DNA from: Macrostomum lignano
Lineage: Eukaryota
Direction of reading: 5' to 3'
Length of the DNA stretch: 64,000 bases
Assembly (NCBI GenBank): GCA_002269645.1
Contig: NIVC01003726.1
Coordinates: 1 to 64,000 of the forward strand
Below the pieces are notes generated by a model. It had not been told where the DNA came from and made no database searches. It was given only the letters and a program-made list of their open reading frames with translations. The first letter of the stretch is position 1. Each line of letters starts with the position of its first letter. Below, piece by piece: positions 1-13,063 of this stretch. The translations under genes and the position numbers were made by a program.

Positions 1-176
1 GGAGGCAGAGAAGGGAGAGGGGAAGGCAGAGAAGGGAGAGGGGAAGCAGAGAAGGGAGAGGGGAAGCGAGAGAAGGGAGGGGAAGGCAGAGAAGGGAGAG
101 GGGAAGGCAGAGAAGGGAGAGGGGAAGGCAGAGAAGGGAGAGAGCAGAGAGACAGAGAAGGGAGAGAAGGAGACAA
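1..176 (+). repeat. GA-rich minisatellite, about 20-bp unit
   Basis: (GGAAGGCAGAGAAGGGAGAGG)n. Confidence 0.9.
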
Positions 177-504
177 AGTAACCTGGAGACTCCAGAGGCA
201 GGTGAGTCAATCAGCAAGTCAATTAGCTTTGTCCAGCAACTACACAAAATAATTGCATCTTCTTGAATGGCCGCATTTCTGCTAATCCGATTATTCGAGA
301 ACTCAATCATCTTGTCGCCCCATTAAACTGTCTCTAAGCGAGAACTCGTTTGCAGAGGAGGAATTCCTTTGCTGATCAAGTGTGCGTGACCTGCTACAAA
401 GGAGCAAGCAGTTTCTAGACAAGCGATGCTTTTTCGATTTGCATAATTGGGCACACGCTTGATCATAAGGAACGAGTCTGAAGTGCTCAAAGGTTTGAGC
501 TCAT

Positions 505-908
505 CATGAGGGACTTCATGGGTTCGTTAGGGACTTCATGAGTTCGTGAGAGACTTTGTGAGTTCGTGAGGGACTTCATGAGTTCGTGAGGGACTTCATG
601 AGTTCGTGAGGGACTTCATGAGTTCGTGAGGGACTTCATGAGTTCATGAGGGACTTCATGAGTTCGTGAGGGACTTCATGAGTTCGTGAGGGACTTCATG
701 AGTTCGTGAGGGACTTTATGAGTTCGTGAGGGACTTCATGAGTACATAGGTAATTTCTTGAATGAGTTTGTGTTGAGCATGTAGTTGAGTTTATGATTGA
801 GTTTATGGTTGAGTTCATGATTGATGGTTGAGTTCATGGTTGAGTTCATGGTTGAGTTCATGGTTGAGTTCATGGTTGAGTTCATGGTTGAGTTCATGGT
901 TGAGTTCT
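505..908 (+). repeat. Adjacent 20-bp and 12-bp minisatellites
   Basis: (GAGGGACTTCATGAGTTCGT)n at 505-743 and (GTTGAGTTCATG)n at about 768-908. Confidence 0.92.
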
Positions 909-1407
909 TCATCACCTACTAGAAAAAGGTCTAGTCAAAATCAAATTTTGTTCCTCAATTCTCTAATGAATTTCTGTCAATACCACCTGAAATTCATGCG
1001 GCAGCCTTCGCTTCTCTCATTTCCATTTTACCTGTTATTGGCGGGGAGACAAAAACGCTGAAAAACCCAGGCTTACCCGGGCTCCGGTTCAGCCAATCAG
1101 CCGAGCTGATGGTAAATTCTGAGCGAGTCTCTTTGCATTTTTAATCTGTCTGTCTCTCGCGTATCGCCTCTCCCAGATCCCCGCACTCGCAGTGACTCGG
1201 CCTACTGTAGGTACAGCACTCAGTTTTAAATTGCAATTTGCAAAAAATAATTGCCCCAATTCTTCAGATACAGCATTGCCTGAGGCCTGAGCCCTGATTG
1301 AAACGGTGAGAGGCGGATTTTGAGTTGCTCATTTTGATAAAACAGTTCGCAATGAAAATAATTTGCCCAACACTCGGCGCCTTCAAACTCACGCCCCCTT
1401 CTTTTTC

Positions 1408-1900
1408 CTCCCTGCACCTTGCTCCCTGCTCCCTGCTCCCTGCTCCCTGCTCCATGCTCCCTGCACACTGCTCTCTGCACCCTGCTCCCTGCTCCCTGCT
1501 CCCTGCTCCCTGTTCCTGTTCCCTGCTCCCTGCTCCTGCTCTCTGCTCCCTGCTCCTGCTCCCTGCTCCTGCTCCCTGCTCCCTGCTCCCTGCTCCCTGC
1601 TCCCTGCTCCCTGCTCCGTGCTCCCTGTTCCCTGCTCCTTGCTCCCTGCACACTGCACACTGCACCCTGCACCCTGCTCCCTGCAACCTGCTCCCTGTCC
1701 CTGCTCCCTGCTCCCTGCTCCCTGCTCCCTGCAACCTGCTCCCTGCTCCTGCACACTGCAACCTGCTCCCTGCTCCTGCACACTGCACCCTGCACCCTAC
1801 TCCTGCAACCTGCTCCCTGCTCCCTGCTCCCTGCACACTGCACCCTGCACCCTGCACCCTGCACCCTGCACCCTGCACCCTGCACCCTGCACCCTGCACC
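1408..1900 (+). repeat. 7-bp tandem repeat
   Basis: (CCCTGCT)n grading into (CCCTGCA)n. Confidence 0.95.
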
Positions 1901-2416
1901 CTATTTCTACACCAGAATTTTACCAAATTACGGAATCATCTTAGCTCGTAGCTTAATTGAAAACGAGCCTTACGTGGCAATTATTCTTGCAGCTAAATAT
2001 CCATCATCATTTTTAACAAAAGAGCCGAAAAAGCGGAGTCAAGGAACTACAAACAATTTAATCCCCCTGTGTTAGGAAGCCCATCCCACACTGCGTCAAC
2101 GTTAGCGTCCATTTATTCAGAAAAATATATTCTTTCCATTATTATCAAAAATAAATTCTCACACCAAACAGAAAAATCTGCCTGTATATCTGCAGGCTGT
2201 ACAGGGAATTTCTCGCGCACATCCACCTATGGGAGGTAATGGAAGGCACGAGGCGAAAGCACGTTTTGTTCCTAGCATAATCAATGAGGTGGAAAGCTTA
2301 GTGGCACAGATGCGTTCCGATGGAGACTGGGGTGTCTGCGGGGACTGCACTGAGGCGTTGGGCGACGGATGGTTGAGACTAGAAATGAGTTAGGGAAGGA
2401 GCTGGGATGATAATAG

Positions 2417-3212
2417 AGTTGAGAGAGTCAGGGGTTGAGAGAGTCAGGGGTTGAGAGAGTCAGGGGTTGAGAGAGTCAGGGGTTGAGAGAGTCAGGGGTT
2501 GAGAGAGTCAGGGGTTGAGAGAGTCAGGGGTTGAGAGAGTCAGGGGTTGAGAGAGTCAGGGGTTGAGAGAGTCAGGGGTTGAGAGAGTCAGGGGTTGAGA
2601 GAGTCAGGGGTTGAGAGAGTCAGGGGTTGAGAGAGTCAGGGGTTGAGAGAGTCAGGGGTTGAGAGAGTCAGGGGTTGAGAGTCAGGGGTTGAGAGAGTCA
2701 GGGGTTGAGAGAGTCAGGGGTGGAGAGAGTCAGGGGTTGAGAGAGTCAAGGGTTGAGAGAGTCAGGGGTTGAGAGAGTCAGGGGTTGAGAGAGTCAGGGG
2801 TTGAGAGAGTCAGGGGTTGAGAGAGTCAAGGGTGGAGAGAGTCAGGGGTTGAGAGAGTCAGGGGTTGAGAGAGTCAAGGGTTGAGAGAGTCAGGGTTGAG
2901 AGAGTCAGGGGTTGAGAGAGTCAGGGGTTGAGAGAGTCAGGGGTTGAGAGAGTCAGGGGTTGAGAGAGTCAGGGGTTGAGAGAGTCAGGGGTTGAGAGAG
3001 TCAGGGGTGGAGAGAGTCAGGGGTTGAGAGAGTCAGGGGTTGAGAGTCAGGGGTTGAGAGAATCAGGGGTTGAGAGAGTCAGGGGTTGAGAGAGTCAGGG
3101 GTTGAGAGAGTCAGGGGTTGAGAGAGTCAGGGGTTGAGAGAGTCAAGGGTTGAGAGAGTCAAGGGTTGAGAGAGTCAGGGGTTGAGAGAGTCAGGGGTTG
3201 AGAGAGTCAGGA
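2417..3212 (+). repeat. 16-bp minisatellite, about 49 copies
   Basis: (GAGAGAGTCAGGGGTT)n. Confidence 0.95.
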
Positions 3213-3656
3213 GAGAGAAGATGCAGAGAAAAAAGAAGTTCGGTCAGCAGTCGCTGATTCCGGCTTTCAAGCTGAGCATAGAAAAGCAGTCTGACTTCTC
3301 TCGGGCAGTTTCTCACCAACTCTGACTCAATTCTGTCTTCCAGCCAAGAAGAAAATTAGTTTTCTAGTCTTCTCTGCTCAATTTCTCCAACAGATGGTGA
3401 AATGTTTTTTTCATTAACGGCTGCAATTCTTTGAATCCCAAAGTCGGCCCGATCCCTACGGCTGAGCAGCGAAAATCAGCTCTTTATTTATTGAGGTTTG
3501 CATTTTAAACAGCTCTAATTTTCGGGAACCTGCGTTAATTTCATTTTCTTGTGGAGATTAAAGTACATTTTCTAAGAAATTGCTGCTGAAAACATGTCTC
3601 TGCTGGTGCTTTGCGTCAGCCACCGGAATTAATTTTAACTGGGAGGTTGTAAATAA

Positions 3657-3734
<78 letters not shown>

Positions 3735-3735
3735 G

Positions 3736-3788
<53 letters not shown>

Positions 3789-3824
3789 TAGTGTCTGTCT
3801 GTCTGTCTGTCAGTCTGTCTGTCG

Positions 3825-3877
<53 letters not shown>
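3657..3877 (+). repeat. (GTCT)n microsatellite
   Basis: Direct inspection. Confidence 0.97.
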
Positions 3878-3879
<2 letters not shown>

Positions 3880-4605
3880 CTTGAATCTGTCTGGATGCCT
3901 GTCTCAGAGTCAGTCTGCCATCTTAGGCTAAGCAGTCAATAATTCATAAACCCCTCTCGCTTCTCAGCGACTCTCAACGGGCGCAGAGATGCTGTGAATT
4001 TCCAGGAAAATCGGGACGGTTGTGAATCTTTACTGAATTTTTAATAATTCCTCAAAGACAGACTTCAAGAATCGGATTTGCTATGCGCAACCCCCCCTCA
4101 AAAACCAGATGACATGCGTAAGCGTCCTGGACTCAGATTTTCAGACAGTCAGAAGGCGGCGAGAGGAACATCAGCAACTCGAATTTCGTGCCCAAGTCCC
4201 GCCGCTGGGCTGCTCACGCAGGCAGAATTCTGTTGACAGAAAAACAACAGAGATGAAAGCAGAGACTGGTGCAGGGGGCAGCCGGGGGCTCGAAACTGGA
4301 ATAGTGAATTATTAGCTGAAGGAGGAAGCTGGGAGTTGCTGAGATGCCAGCCAAGAAGCCTGCGCACTTGACTCCGCTGTTCAGGCGGGTGCTTTATGGA
4401 AACCGACAAGCGACGGTTGATGCATGGGCAAACAAGCATAGCAGCCTGTTCTACTACTCCATTCGGACAATTCGCCACTTAGTAAAACTCTACGGCTTCA
4501 TCCGGGTTTCCGTCTGGGCTTTCTCTCCTCCTCTGGTTTGCCCTTCCTGTGCTCACATTTTATGTTTCTGTTCATCTCCCCTCTCACTCTCTCCCCATCT
4601 AGCGC

Positions 4606-7600
4606 CCTGTCTCTCTCTACATCCTCTCTCCCTGTCTCCCTGTCTCTCTCTCCCTGTCTCTCTCTCCCTGTCTCTCTCTCCCTGTCTCTCTCTCCCTGTC
4701 TCTCTCTCCCTGTCTCTCTCTCTCTCCCTGTCTCTCTCTCCCTGTCTCTCTCTCCCTGTCTCTCTCTCCCTGTCTCTCTCTCCCTGTCTCTCTCTCCCTG
4801 TCTCTCTCTCCCTGTCTCTCTCTCCCTGTCTCTCTCTACATCCTCTCTCCCTGTCTCCCTGTCTCCCTGTCTCTCTCTCCCTGTCTCTCTCTCCCTGTCT
4901 CTCTCTCCCTGTCTCTCTCTCCCTGTCTCTCTCTCCCTGTCTCTCTCTCCCTGTCTCTCTCTCCCTGTCTCTCTCTCCCTGTCTCTCTCTCCCTGTCTCT
5001 CTCTCCCTGTCTCTCTCTCCCTGTCTCTCTCTCCCTGTCTCTCTCTCCCTGTCTCTCTCTCCCTGTCTCTCTCTCCCTGTCTCTCTCTCCCTGTCTCTCT
5101 CTCCCTGTCTCTCTCTCCCTGTCTCTCTCTCCCTGTCTCTCTCTCCCTGTCTCTCTCTACATCCTCTCTCCCTGTCTCCCTGTCTCCCTGTCTCTCTCTC
5201 CCTGTCTCTCTCTCCCTGTCTCTCTCTCCCTGTCTCTCTCTCCCTGTCTCTCTCTCCCTGTCTCTCTCTCCCTGTCTCTCTCTCCCTGTCTCTCTCTCCC
5301 TGTCTCTCTCTCCCTGTCTCTCTCTCCCTGTCTCTGTCTCCCTGTCTCTCTCTCCTGTCTCTCTCTCCCTGTCTCTCTCTCCCTGTCTCTCTCTCCCTGT
5401 CTCTCTCTCCCTGTCTCTCTCTCCCTGTCTCTCTCTACATCCTCTCTCCCTGTCTCCCTGTCTCTCTCCCTGTCTCTCTCTCCCTGTCTCTCTCTACATC
5501 CTCTCTCCCTGTCTCCCTGTCTCTCTCCCTGTCTCTCTCTCCCTGTCTCTCTCCCTGTCTCTCTCTCCCTGTCTCTCTCTCCCTGTCTCTCTCTCCCTGT
5601 CTCTCTCTCCCTGTCTCTCTCCCTGACTCTCTCCCTGTCTCCCTGTCTCTCTCCCTGTCTCCCTGTCTCTCTCTCCCTGTCTCCCTGTCTCTCTCCCTGT
5701 CTCCCTGTCTCCCTGTCTCTCTCCCTGTCTCCCTGTCTCTCTCCCAGTCTCCCTGTCTCTCTCTCCCTGTCTCTCTCCCTGTCTCTCTCTCCCTGTCTCT
5801 CTCTCCCTGTCTCTCTCTCCCTGTCTCTCTCTCTCTCCCTGTCTCTCTCTCCCTGTCTCTCTCTCCCTGTCTCTCTCTCCCTGTCTCTCTCTCCCTGTCT
5901 CTCTCTCCCTGTCTCTCTCTCCCTGTCTCTCTCTCCCTGTCTCTCTCTCCTGTCTCTCTCTCCCTGTCTCTCTCTCCCTGTCTCTCTCTCCCTGTCTCTC
6001 TCTCCCTGTCTCTCTCTCCCTGTCTCTCTCTCCCTGTCTCTCTCTCCCTGTCTCTCTCTCCCTGTCTCTCTCTACATCCTCTCTCCCTGTCTCTCTCTCC
6101 CTGTCTCTCTCTCCCTGTCTCTCTCTCCCTGTCTCTCTCTCCCTGTCTCTCTCTCCCTGTCTCTCTCTCCCTGTCTCTCTCTCCCTGTCTCTCTCTCCCT
6201 GTCTCTCTCTCCCTGTCTCTCTCTCCCTGTCTCTCTCTCCCTGTCTCTCTCTCCCTGTCTCTCTCTCCCTGTCTCTCTCTCCCTGTCTCTCTCTCCCTGT
6301 CTCTCTCTCCCTGTCTCTCTCTCATCCTCTCTCCCTGTCTCCTCTCCCTGTCTCTCTCTCCCTGTCTCTCTCTCCCTGTCTCTCTCTCCCTGTCTCTCTC
6401 TCCCTGTCTCTCTCTCCCTGTCTCTCTCTCCCTGTCTCTCTCTCCCTGTCTCTCTCTCCCTGTCTCTCTCTCCCTGTCTCTCTCTCCCTGTCTCTGTCTC
6501 CCTGTCTCTCTCTCCCTGTCTCTCTCTCCCTGTCTCTCTCTCCCTGTCTCTCTCTCCCTGTCTCTCTCTCCCTGTCTCTCTCTCCCTGTCTCTCTCTACA
6601 TCCTCTCTCCCTGTCTCCCTGTCTCTCTCCCTGTCTCTCTCTCCCTGTCTCTCTCTACATCCTCTCTCCCTGTCTCCCTGTCTCTCTCCCTGTCTCTCTC
6701 TCCCTGTCTCTCTCCCTGTCTCTCTCTCCCTGTCTCTCTCTCCCTGTCTCTCTCTCCCTGTCTCTCTCTCCCTGTCTCTCTCCCTGACTCTCTCCCTGTC
6801 TCCCTGTCTCTCTCCCTGTCTCCCTGTCTCTCTCTCCCTGTCTCCCTGTCTCTCTCCCTGTCTCCCTGTCTCCCTGTCTCTCTCCCTGTCTCCCTGTCTC
6901 TCTCCCAGTCTCCCTGTCTCTCTCTCCCTGTCTCTCTCCCTGTCTCTCTCCCTGTCTCCCTGTCTCTCTCCCAGTTTCCCAGTCTCTCTCTCTCCCTGTC
7001 TCTCTCCCTGTCTCCCTGTCTCTCTCCCAGTTTCCCAGTCTCTCTCTCCCTGACTCTCTCCCTTTCTCCCTGTCTCTCTCCCTGTCTCCCTGTCTCTCTC
7101 TCCCTGTCTCCCTGTCTCTCTCCCTGTCTCCCTGTCTCCCTGTCTCTCTCCCTCTCCCAGTCTCTCTCTCCCAGTCTCCCAGTCTCTCTCTCCCTGTCTC
7201 TCTCCCTGTCTCTCTCCCAGTCTCCCTGTCTCTCTCTCCCTGTCTCTCCCCTGTCTCTCTCCCTGTCTCCCTGTCTCTCTCTCCCTGTCTCTCTCCCTGT
7301 CTCTCTCCCTGTCTCCCTGTCTCCCTGTCTCTCTCCCTGTCTCCCTGTCTCTCTCCCAGTCTCCCAGTCTCTCTCTCCCTGACTCTCTCCCTGTCTCTCC
7401 CCTGTCTCCCTGTCTCCCTGTCTCTCTCCCAGTCTCCCAGTCTCTCTCTCCCAGTCTCCCAGTCTCTCTCTCCCTGTCTCTCTCCCTGTCTCTCTCCCAG
7501 TCTCCCTGTCTCTCTCTCCCTGTCTCTCTCCCTGTCTCTCTCCCTGTCTCCCTGTCTCTCTCTCCCTGTCTCTCTCCCTGTCTCTCTCCCTGTCTCCCTG

Positions 7601-8042
7601 TCTCCCTGTCTCTCTCCCTGTCTCCCTGTCTCTCTCCCAGTTTCCCAGTCTCTCTCTCTCCCTGTCTCTCTCCCTGTCTCCCTGTCTCTCTCCCTGTCTC
7701 CCTGTCTCTCTCTCCCTGTCTCCCTGTCTGTCTCCCTGTCTCTCTCCCAGTCTCCCTGTCTCTCTCCCAGTCTCCCAGTCTCTCTCTCCCAGTTTCCCAG
7801 TCTCTCTCTCTCCCTGTCTCTCTCCTTGTCTCCCTGTCTCTCTCCCAGTTTCCCAGTCTCTCTCTCCCTGTCTCTCTCCCTGTCTCCCTGTCTCTCTTCC
7901 AGTCTCCCTGTCTCTCTCCCAGTCTCCCAGTCTCTCTCTCCCAGTCTCCCAGTCTCTCTCTCCCTGTCTCTCTCCCTGTCTCTCTCCCTGTCTCCCTGTC
8001 TCTCTCCCTGTCTCTCTGTCTCTCTCTCCCTGTCTCCCTGTC
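4606..8042 (+). repeat. 3.4-kb polypyrimidine array with internal higher-order duplication
   Basis: (CTCTCTCTCCCTGT)n with unit-length variants; rare variants (CTACATC, CCCTGACT) recur in blocks. Confidence 0.97.
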
Positions 8043-8912
8043 TATATCCCTCTCTTTGTCTAGCTTTGCCATTCTCTCTCCGCCTCCCTCTCTGGCCATC
8101 ACTCCTCCCCAACTTAGTTCACTGCTTCATCTGTCAAAACGCAGTTTTCTGACCGCTTGGTATTCTCAACGGCCGCCTTCTGCTCCTTGAGATCCCTCTG
8201 CCATGCGTTTGAACTTTGGAGTGAAATAAGAGCCTCTTCATCAATCGCTACCCGCCCTTTCTTAGATATCCACCACACCTTGTTCTTTATCAAGTTCCCT
8301 TTCCTCTCTCTGTGCGATTTTTCCGCCAACATTTTCCGCTCCTTGAGATGAAGTCAGCCAGGCTTTCAGTTGAACAAGCATTGAAATTTTTTAAGCGAAG
8401 ACGCCCCCTGTTCTCAAGCCCGGCACTCAGTTCCGCTCTCTGCCTCATCCATCATCTCCATCAATATGAGCTCCCAATCACCTCTCCCAGGCCGGGGCCA
8501 AACAGCAACCTGCCGTAGAAACTGCTGGATTTTTTCTTTCCAGTCCCAGAATAACACGGGACGCCCGGCTTTGGCTTATGGACACAGGTGGCCAGTTCAC
8601 AGGTCCTGGGAATGGCAGAGTGCTTGCGGGTAGCCCTGAGCTGCTCCGCTGGGTGTTTTAGGAAGTTCTCAGCCTCAGATGAGCAGCCATATGCAATTTT
8701 TCAATGCATTTCCTATTGCTGCTCAAAATTCAATTATACAGTGGCTGGCAGAGCCGTGGCAAAAAATGTGCTCACCACTTCATCAACTGCGAAAGTGCCA
8801 AATTGATTACAGTAGGAAGCTTTCGAAGTGCAGGCATGGCTGCAATAAATTTTTTTAAATTCATTCATAAAACAATACTGAAATATTGAAACGCCTTGCT
8901 GTACGGGAGAGG

Positions 8913-9301
<389 letters not shown>

Positions 9302-9336
9302 TTAAACAGAGCTGCAGTCCAGTCCCAACCAATCAC

Positions 9337-10692
9337 ATGCTCGATTTGCCAGACCGGGTCGCCATGTCCACCACGGCCTCCGCCCCGGTGTCGCTGATGA
9401 CGCGCTACCCGCACCTGATGCAGCTGTACGGCAGGTTCATCCCGAACTTCCTCCTATTCGACCGGGTGGTGACCCCGCTGTGGTACATCCTCGGCTTGTT
9501 CGGCAACAGCCTCAGCGCGTACGTCTGGCTGAACCCGGAAGTTCGGCGCAACAACTCCTCGGCGGTGTACCTGGCTGCCCTGTCGATCTGGGATCTAGTG
9601 TTCCTGGTGCTGCACACGTTTCAAGAGCTGCGCGAAGCGTGGAACATCGCCATGGAGAATGTGATCATGTGCATGGTGCTGCCTGTGGTGCTGCTCACCG
9701 CCCAGTACCTGTCGCCGATCCTCGTGCTGGGCTTCACCGTGGAGCGCTGGATCTCGATTTGCTTTCCATTCAAGCGCGAGTCGCTGTGCAGCACCCGCCG
9801 CGCCTACACCGTCATCGGCTTCATGACCGCCGGCGTGATCGTGTGGAACTTGGCCCAGCTCAACTTCAAGGAGTTCGAGCATGGCGCATGCGTGGTGCGC
9901 AGCGAAGGCTGGCTCTGGCTGGTGTACACCCTCACTACCGAGATTGTCATCAGCGGCCTCGTGCCCGTGACCGCTCTGGTCTTCAACCTGCTGGTGATTC
10001 ACGAGATGTACAAGATCGCAGTGAACCGGGGCAGCAACCGGCAGAACCAGTGCGAAGGCGGCCCCGGAGGCGGCAGCGGAGAGGACAGCGGCGGCGGCGA
10101 GGGCCGGTTCATGTCCAGCACGATCATGCTGCTCAGCGTGTCCTTCTTCGTCATCCTGACCTCTCTGCCGGCCGGCCTGGTCTACGGCCTGCAGACCTTC
10201 GCCGGCTACGGCAGCCAGAACCTCACGGACGCTGAGGTGCTGCTGGACCCCGCCTGGAGGCGCCACTTCGCCATGGCGCGGGTGAAGAAAGTGATTGACG
10301 AGATTTCCATCTCGCATTACTCGCTGAACTTTCTGATCTACCTGGCCACAGGGGCGCAGTACAGGCGGCAGGTGGCGCTGCTGTTCGCCAGGACCCGGGG
10401 TTCCGTCGTCGGCGGCTGCAGTGGCTGCGGCAGCGCCGCCGCCTCCTCCGCCGCGGCTGGGGCCGGATCCGCCAGCGGCGACGCGATGCTGAGAAACGAC
10501 AATGGGAAACGGCGGCGTACTGAGGATTTCTACCTGAGCAACAGCCGAACCAACAGGGCCACTCGGCGAGGCGGCGGCAGCAGCGGCAATGACGGAGGCG
10601 ACACCTGCGCAGCAAATCGAGCGGTTGGAATGTCGGAGGGCGAGGAAAACGGGAAAGCCGTGGAAAAACCGCTTCTGGCTACTTATATTTGA
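9337..10692 (+). CDS. Intronless rhodopsin-class (class A) GPCR, FMRFamide/sex-peptide-receptor-like invertebrate peptide receptor, about 451 aa
   Basis: The real coding part of ORF 8896..10692 starts at ATG 9337; upstream is (GACA)n. Seven hydrophobic segments with GN (TM1), YLAALSIWD (TM2), ERWISICFPF (DRY-equivalent), TM5 Pro, TSLPAG (TM6) and HYSLNFLIY (NFxIY variant of NPxxY), then a Gly/Ala-rich C-tail. Confidence 0.92.
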   Translation: MLDLPDRVAMSTTASAPVSLMTRYPHLMQLYGRFIPNFLLFDRVVTPLWYILGLFGNSLSAYVWLNPEVRRNNSSAVYLAALSIWDLVFLVLHTFQELREAWNIAMENVIMCMVLPVVLLTAQYLSPILVLGFTVERWISICFPFKRESLCSTRRAYTVIGFMTAGVIVWNLAQLNFKEFEHGACVVRSEGWLWLVYTLTTEIVISGLVPVTALVFNLLVIHEMYKIAVNRGSNRQNQCEGGPGGGSGEDSGGGEGRFMSSTIMLLSVSFFVILTSLPAGLVYGLQTFAGYGSQNLTDAEVLLDPAWRRHFAMARVKKVIDEISISHYSLNFLIYLATGAQYRRQVALLFARTRGSVVGGCSGCGSAAASSAAAGAGSASGDAMLRNDNGKRRRTEDFYLSNSRTNRATRRGGGSSGNDGGDTCAANRAVGMSEGEENGKAVEKPLLATYI

Positions 10693-10814
10693 ATTGAACA
10701 GAAAAACAGTTCGCAAATATTGAAAACTCGATCAATGCGTGGATTTTTGAGTTCATGTATTTTCATTGCTATTTTATTTAATTTTCAATTTGAATAATGC
10801 TTCGTAGGTGGGTC

Positions 10815-11168
10815 ACTGCTACCCTTCAGGTCCTCAGATTTGGATCGATCGGCGCTACCCTTCAGGTCCCTCAGATGTAGACCGCCGCTACCCTTCAGGT
10901 CCCTCAGATATGGATCGACGCTACCCTTCAGGTCCCTCAGATATGGATCGACGCTACCCTTCAGGTCCCTCAGATATGAATCGACGCTACCCTTCAGGTC
11001 CCTCAGATATGGATCGACGCTACCCTTCAGGTCCCTCAGATATGAATCGACGCTACCCTCCAGGTCCTCAGATATGGATCGACGCTACCCTTCAGGTCCC
11101 TCAGATATGAATCGACGCTACCCTTCAGGTCCGTCAGATATGGATCGACGCTACCCTTCTGGTCCGTC
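10815..11168 (+). repeat. 33-bp minisatellite, about 10 copies
   Basis: (CGCTACCCTTCAGGTCCCTCAGATATGGATCGA)n, head-to-tail with no spacers. Confidence 0.95.
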
Positions 11169-11226
11169 AGTGGTTTAACGGAACCGGAACCTGGTAGCAT
11201 TAATTAATCTGAGGTTTTTAGGACTT

Positions 11227-12382
11227 TCAGGTTATTTCTGTTTCTGGCTGCTTAGTACTCGTAGTTTTGAGGCTGCAAATAAAAAGTTCTAAAGGCAAGA
11301 AGTGTTTTATTTTTCAAAGCATTAATCCAATGAAATCTAGAAAATACATGTATTACCCCAGCGCATGATATTTCGCATAAACTGCCACAGCACACAACTG
11401 CATATCGATATGAATACATGGCCATATATCCATTCAATTATGTAAATCCAATCCACTTTAACCTAATTATTGTGAAATACTAAAATTCCTCCAAGCATCG
11501 TGTAAAGTGCATGCACTCTCCAGTTCTTAAAGTGCATAGAAAATACGTGTTTCAATGTGTTATACTATTTTAAACTATATGACTGTCCAGTCCTATAAAG
11601 TAAATATTGTTGTGCAATCTTCCATGGAAAAAGTAAATATAATTAAATACATTATAACTGAGTGAATATATATATCAGTTCTGTGAAATCAGAAACTGTC
11701 ACTTTAGTTAAATTTGGGGCGAGGGTGTCAGGGGACAGGTGACAGAGAACAGGGGACAAGGGAAGGGGACAGGGGACAGGGGACAGGGGACAGGGGACAG
11801 GGGACAGGGACAAGGGACAGGGGACAGGGACAAGGGACAGGGGACAGGGGACAGGGGACAGGGGACAGGGACAAGGGACAGGGGACAGGGGACAGGGGAC
11901 AGGGGACAGGGGACAGGGACAAGGGACAGGGGACAGGGACAAGGGACAGGGGACAGGGACAGGGGACAGGGACAGGGACAGGGACAGAGGACAGGGGACA
12001 GGGGACAGGGGACAGGGGACAGGGGACAGGGGACAGGAGACAGGGGACAGGGACAGGGGACAGGGGACAGGGGACAGGGGACAGGGACAGGGGACAGGGG
12101 ACAGGGGACAGGGGACAGGGATAGGGCCAGAGGACAGGGACAGGGACAGGGGACAGGGGACAGGGGACAGGGGACAGGGGACAGGGACAGGGGACAGGGG
12201 ACAGGGGACAGGGGACAGGGGACAGGGGACAGGGGAACCGAATGACTCACCAACAAGATGTCCCAAATGTAGCTGCAGAGACGCGCACAGAAGAAGGATA
12301 GATACACAGATATTAGTTTGCAAATGCAAATTTCTCACAGTACGAGACATGCAGCATGTAACAATATGCATTCCACGCAGCC
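11227..12382 (-). CDS. Candidate micro-exon gene, C-terminal part of a small multi-pass membrane protein (5' end unresolved)
   Basis: Phase-compatible GT-AG exons 12339-12382, 12251-12272, 11481-11525, 11357-11397 and 11227-11272 give GCVECILLHAACLVLYIWDILLNWRVHALYTMLGGILLCAVAVYAKYHALGLKTTSTKQPETEIT*. Introns are 66, 725, 83 and 84 nt. No start codon assigned. Confidence 0.5.
11728..12235 (+). repeat. G-rich 6-7-bp tandem repeat
   Basis: (GGGGACA/GGGACA)n. Confidence 0.95.
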
Positions 12383-13063
12383 CTGTCACTTTCATCTCAA
12401 GCGCACAACGCAATGAGAGAGAATATAAGAAATCCCACCCACGCACCCCCTCTATCACAAAATTATTCCCGGAAACCCCCACAGCTTCAGTGTTGCGGAA
12501 CGATTGCGCGCTCGATTTGTCACTTTAGCTTCCTAATTTAGCTTCCTTATCTAATAACAGTATATGGTCTTGATCCATCTAATTACGGCTAATGTGTATG
12601 GTGCATGCTTTAATATGAAATGTTTATCTTTTCTTAGTGTAGCTATCCTTTTAGGGGAAAGATCAACTCGTTAAACAACCTAGAACAAAGAGCCTATAAC
12701 TATTTCGATTGAATAATTGCAAGCAAGCAAATGGGAGATTATGTTCAAAGGAGTTCGAGTTCCATTTGTGTCGCCAGAAAACTGGCTGTTGCGGCACTCT
12801 CCAGACTCCAGCATCCTGTTTGACATCTCTCAGTCTCAGTCAGTGAATCGTGCCAAGCTGGAGAGTATTTCGAAAAGTGCTAGCATTTGTTTTGATTTAA
12901 CACTGACTGATTCTATGTATCAAGAAAATATATTGAACACCTGACGAACCTCGTAAAGGTAAGGCCAATGGAAAAAGGCCTGTAGATCGAACTATAGATA
13001 AGATTCCCGGGAAATTTCAATCCAAAACGTATAAGTAGTCAACAGTGCTCCCCATTAGCCTAA

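Noticed and set aside
828-3942. ORFs SSWL-, PAPCSLL-, QGAG- and CLSV-repeat
   Set aside because: Each coincides exactly with a 4-12-bp tandem repeat.
4344-8112. Very long ORFs (1012, 676, 485 aa and others) of SLSLPV / RERQG type
   Set aside because: They are translations of a stop-free CT/GA tandem array; no domain content, and open on both strands.
8114-8700. Protein-like minus-strand stretches (e.g. NKVWWISKKGRVAIDEEAL, FWDWKEKIQQFLRQ)
   Set aside because: Interrupted by stops in all frames, no coherent splice chain, and no recognisable family.
9405-10716. Overlapping alternative-frame and antisense ORFs over the GPCR (likewise over the PDE, RBM33-like and protocadherin exons)
   Set aside because: Expected shadows of GC-rich coding sequence; no independent motifs.
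10815-11168. 33-bp repeat of CRISPR-like length (also the 29-bp array at 45790-47182 and 32-bp array at 48650-49325)
   Set aside because: Head-to-tail units with no unique spacers, no cas genes, and a eukaryotic context.
12339-12607. Alternative micro-exon reading HAPYTLALWGFPGIILAAWNAY with COX6A-like P-x3-L-x3-NAY spacing
   Set aside because: This frame hits a stop shortly afterwards and the conserved COX6A C-terminus (R.K.FPWG.G...LFHN) could not be found.
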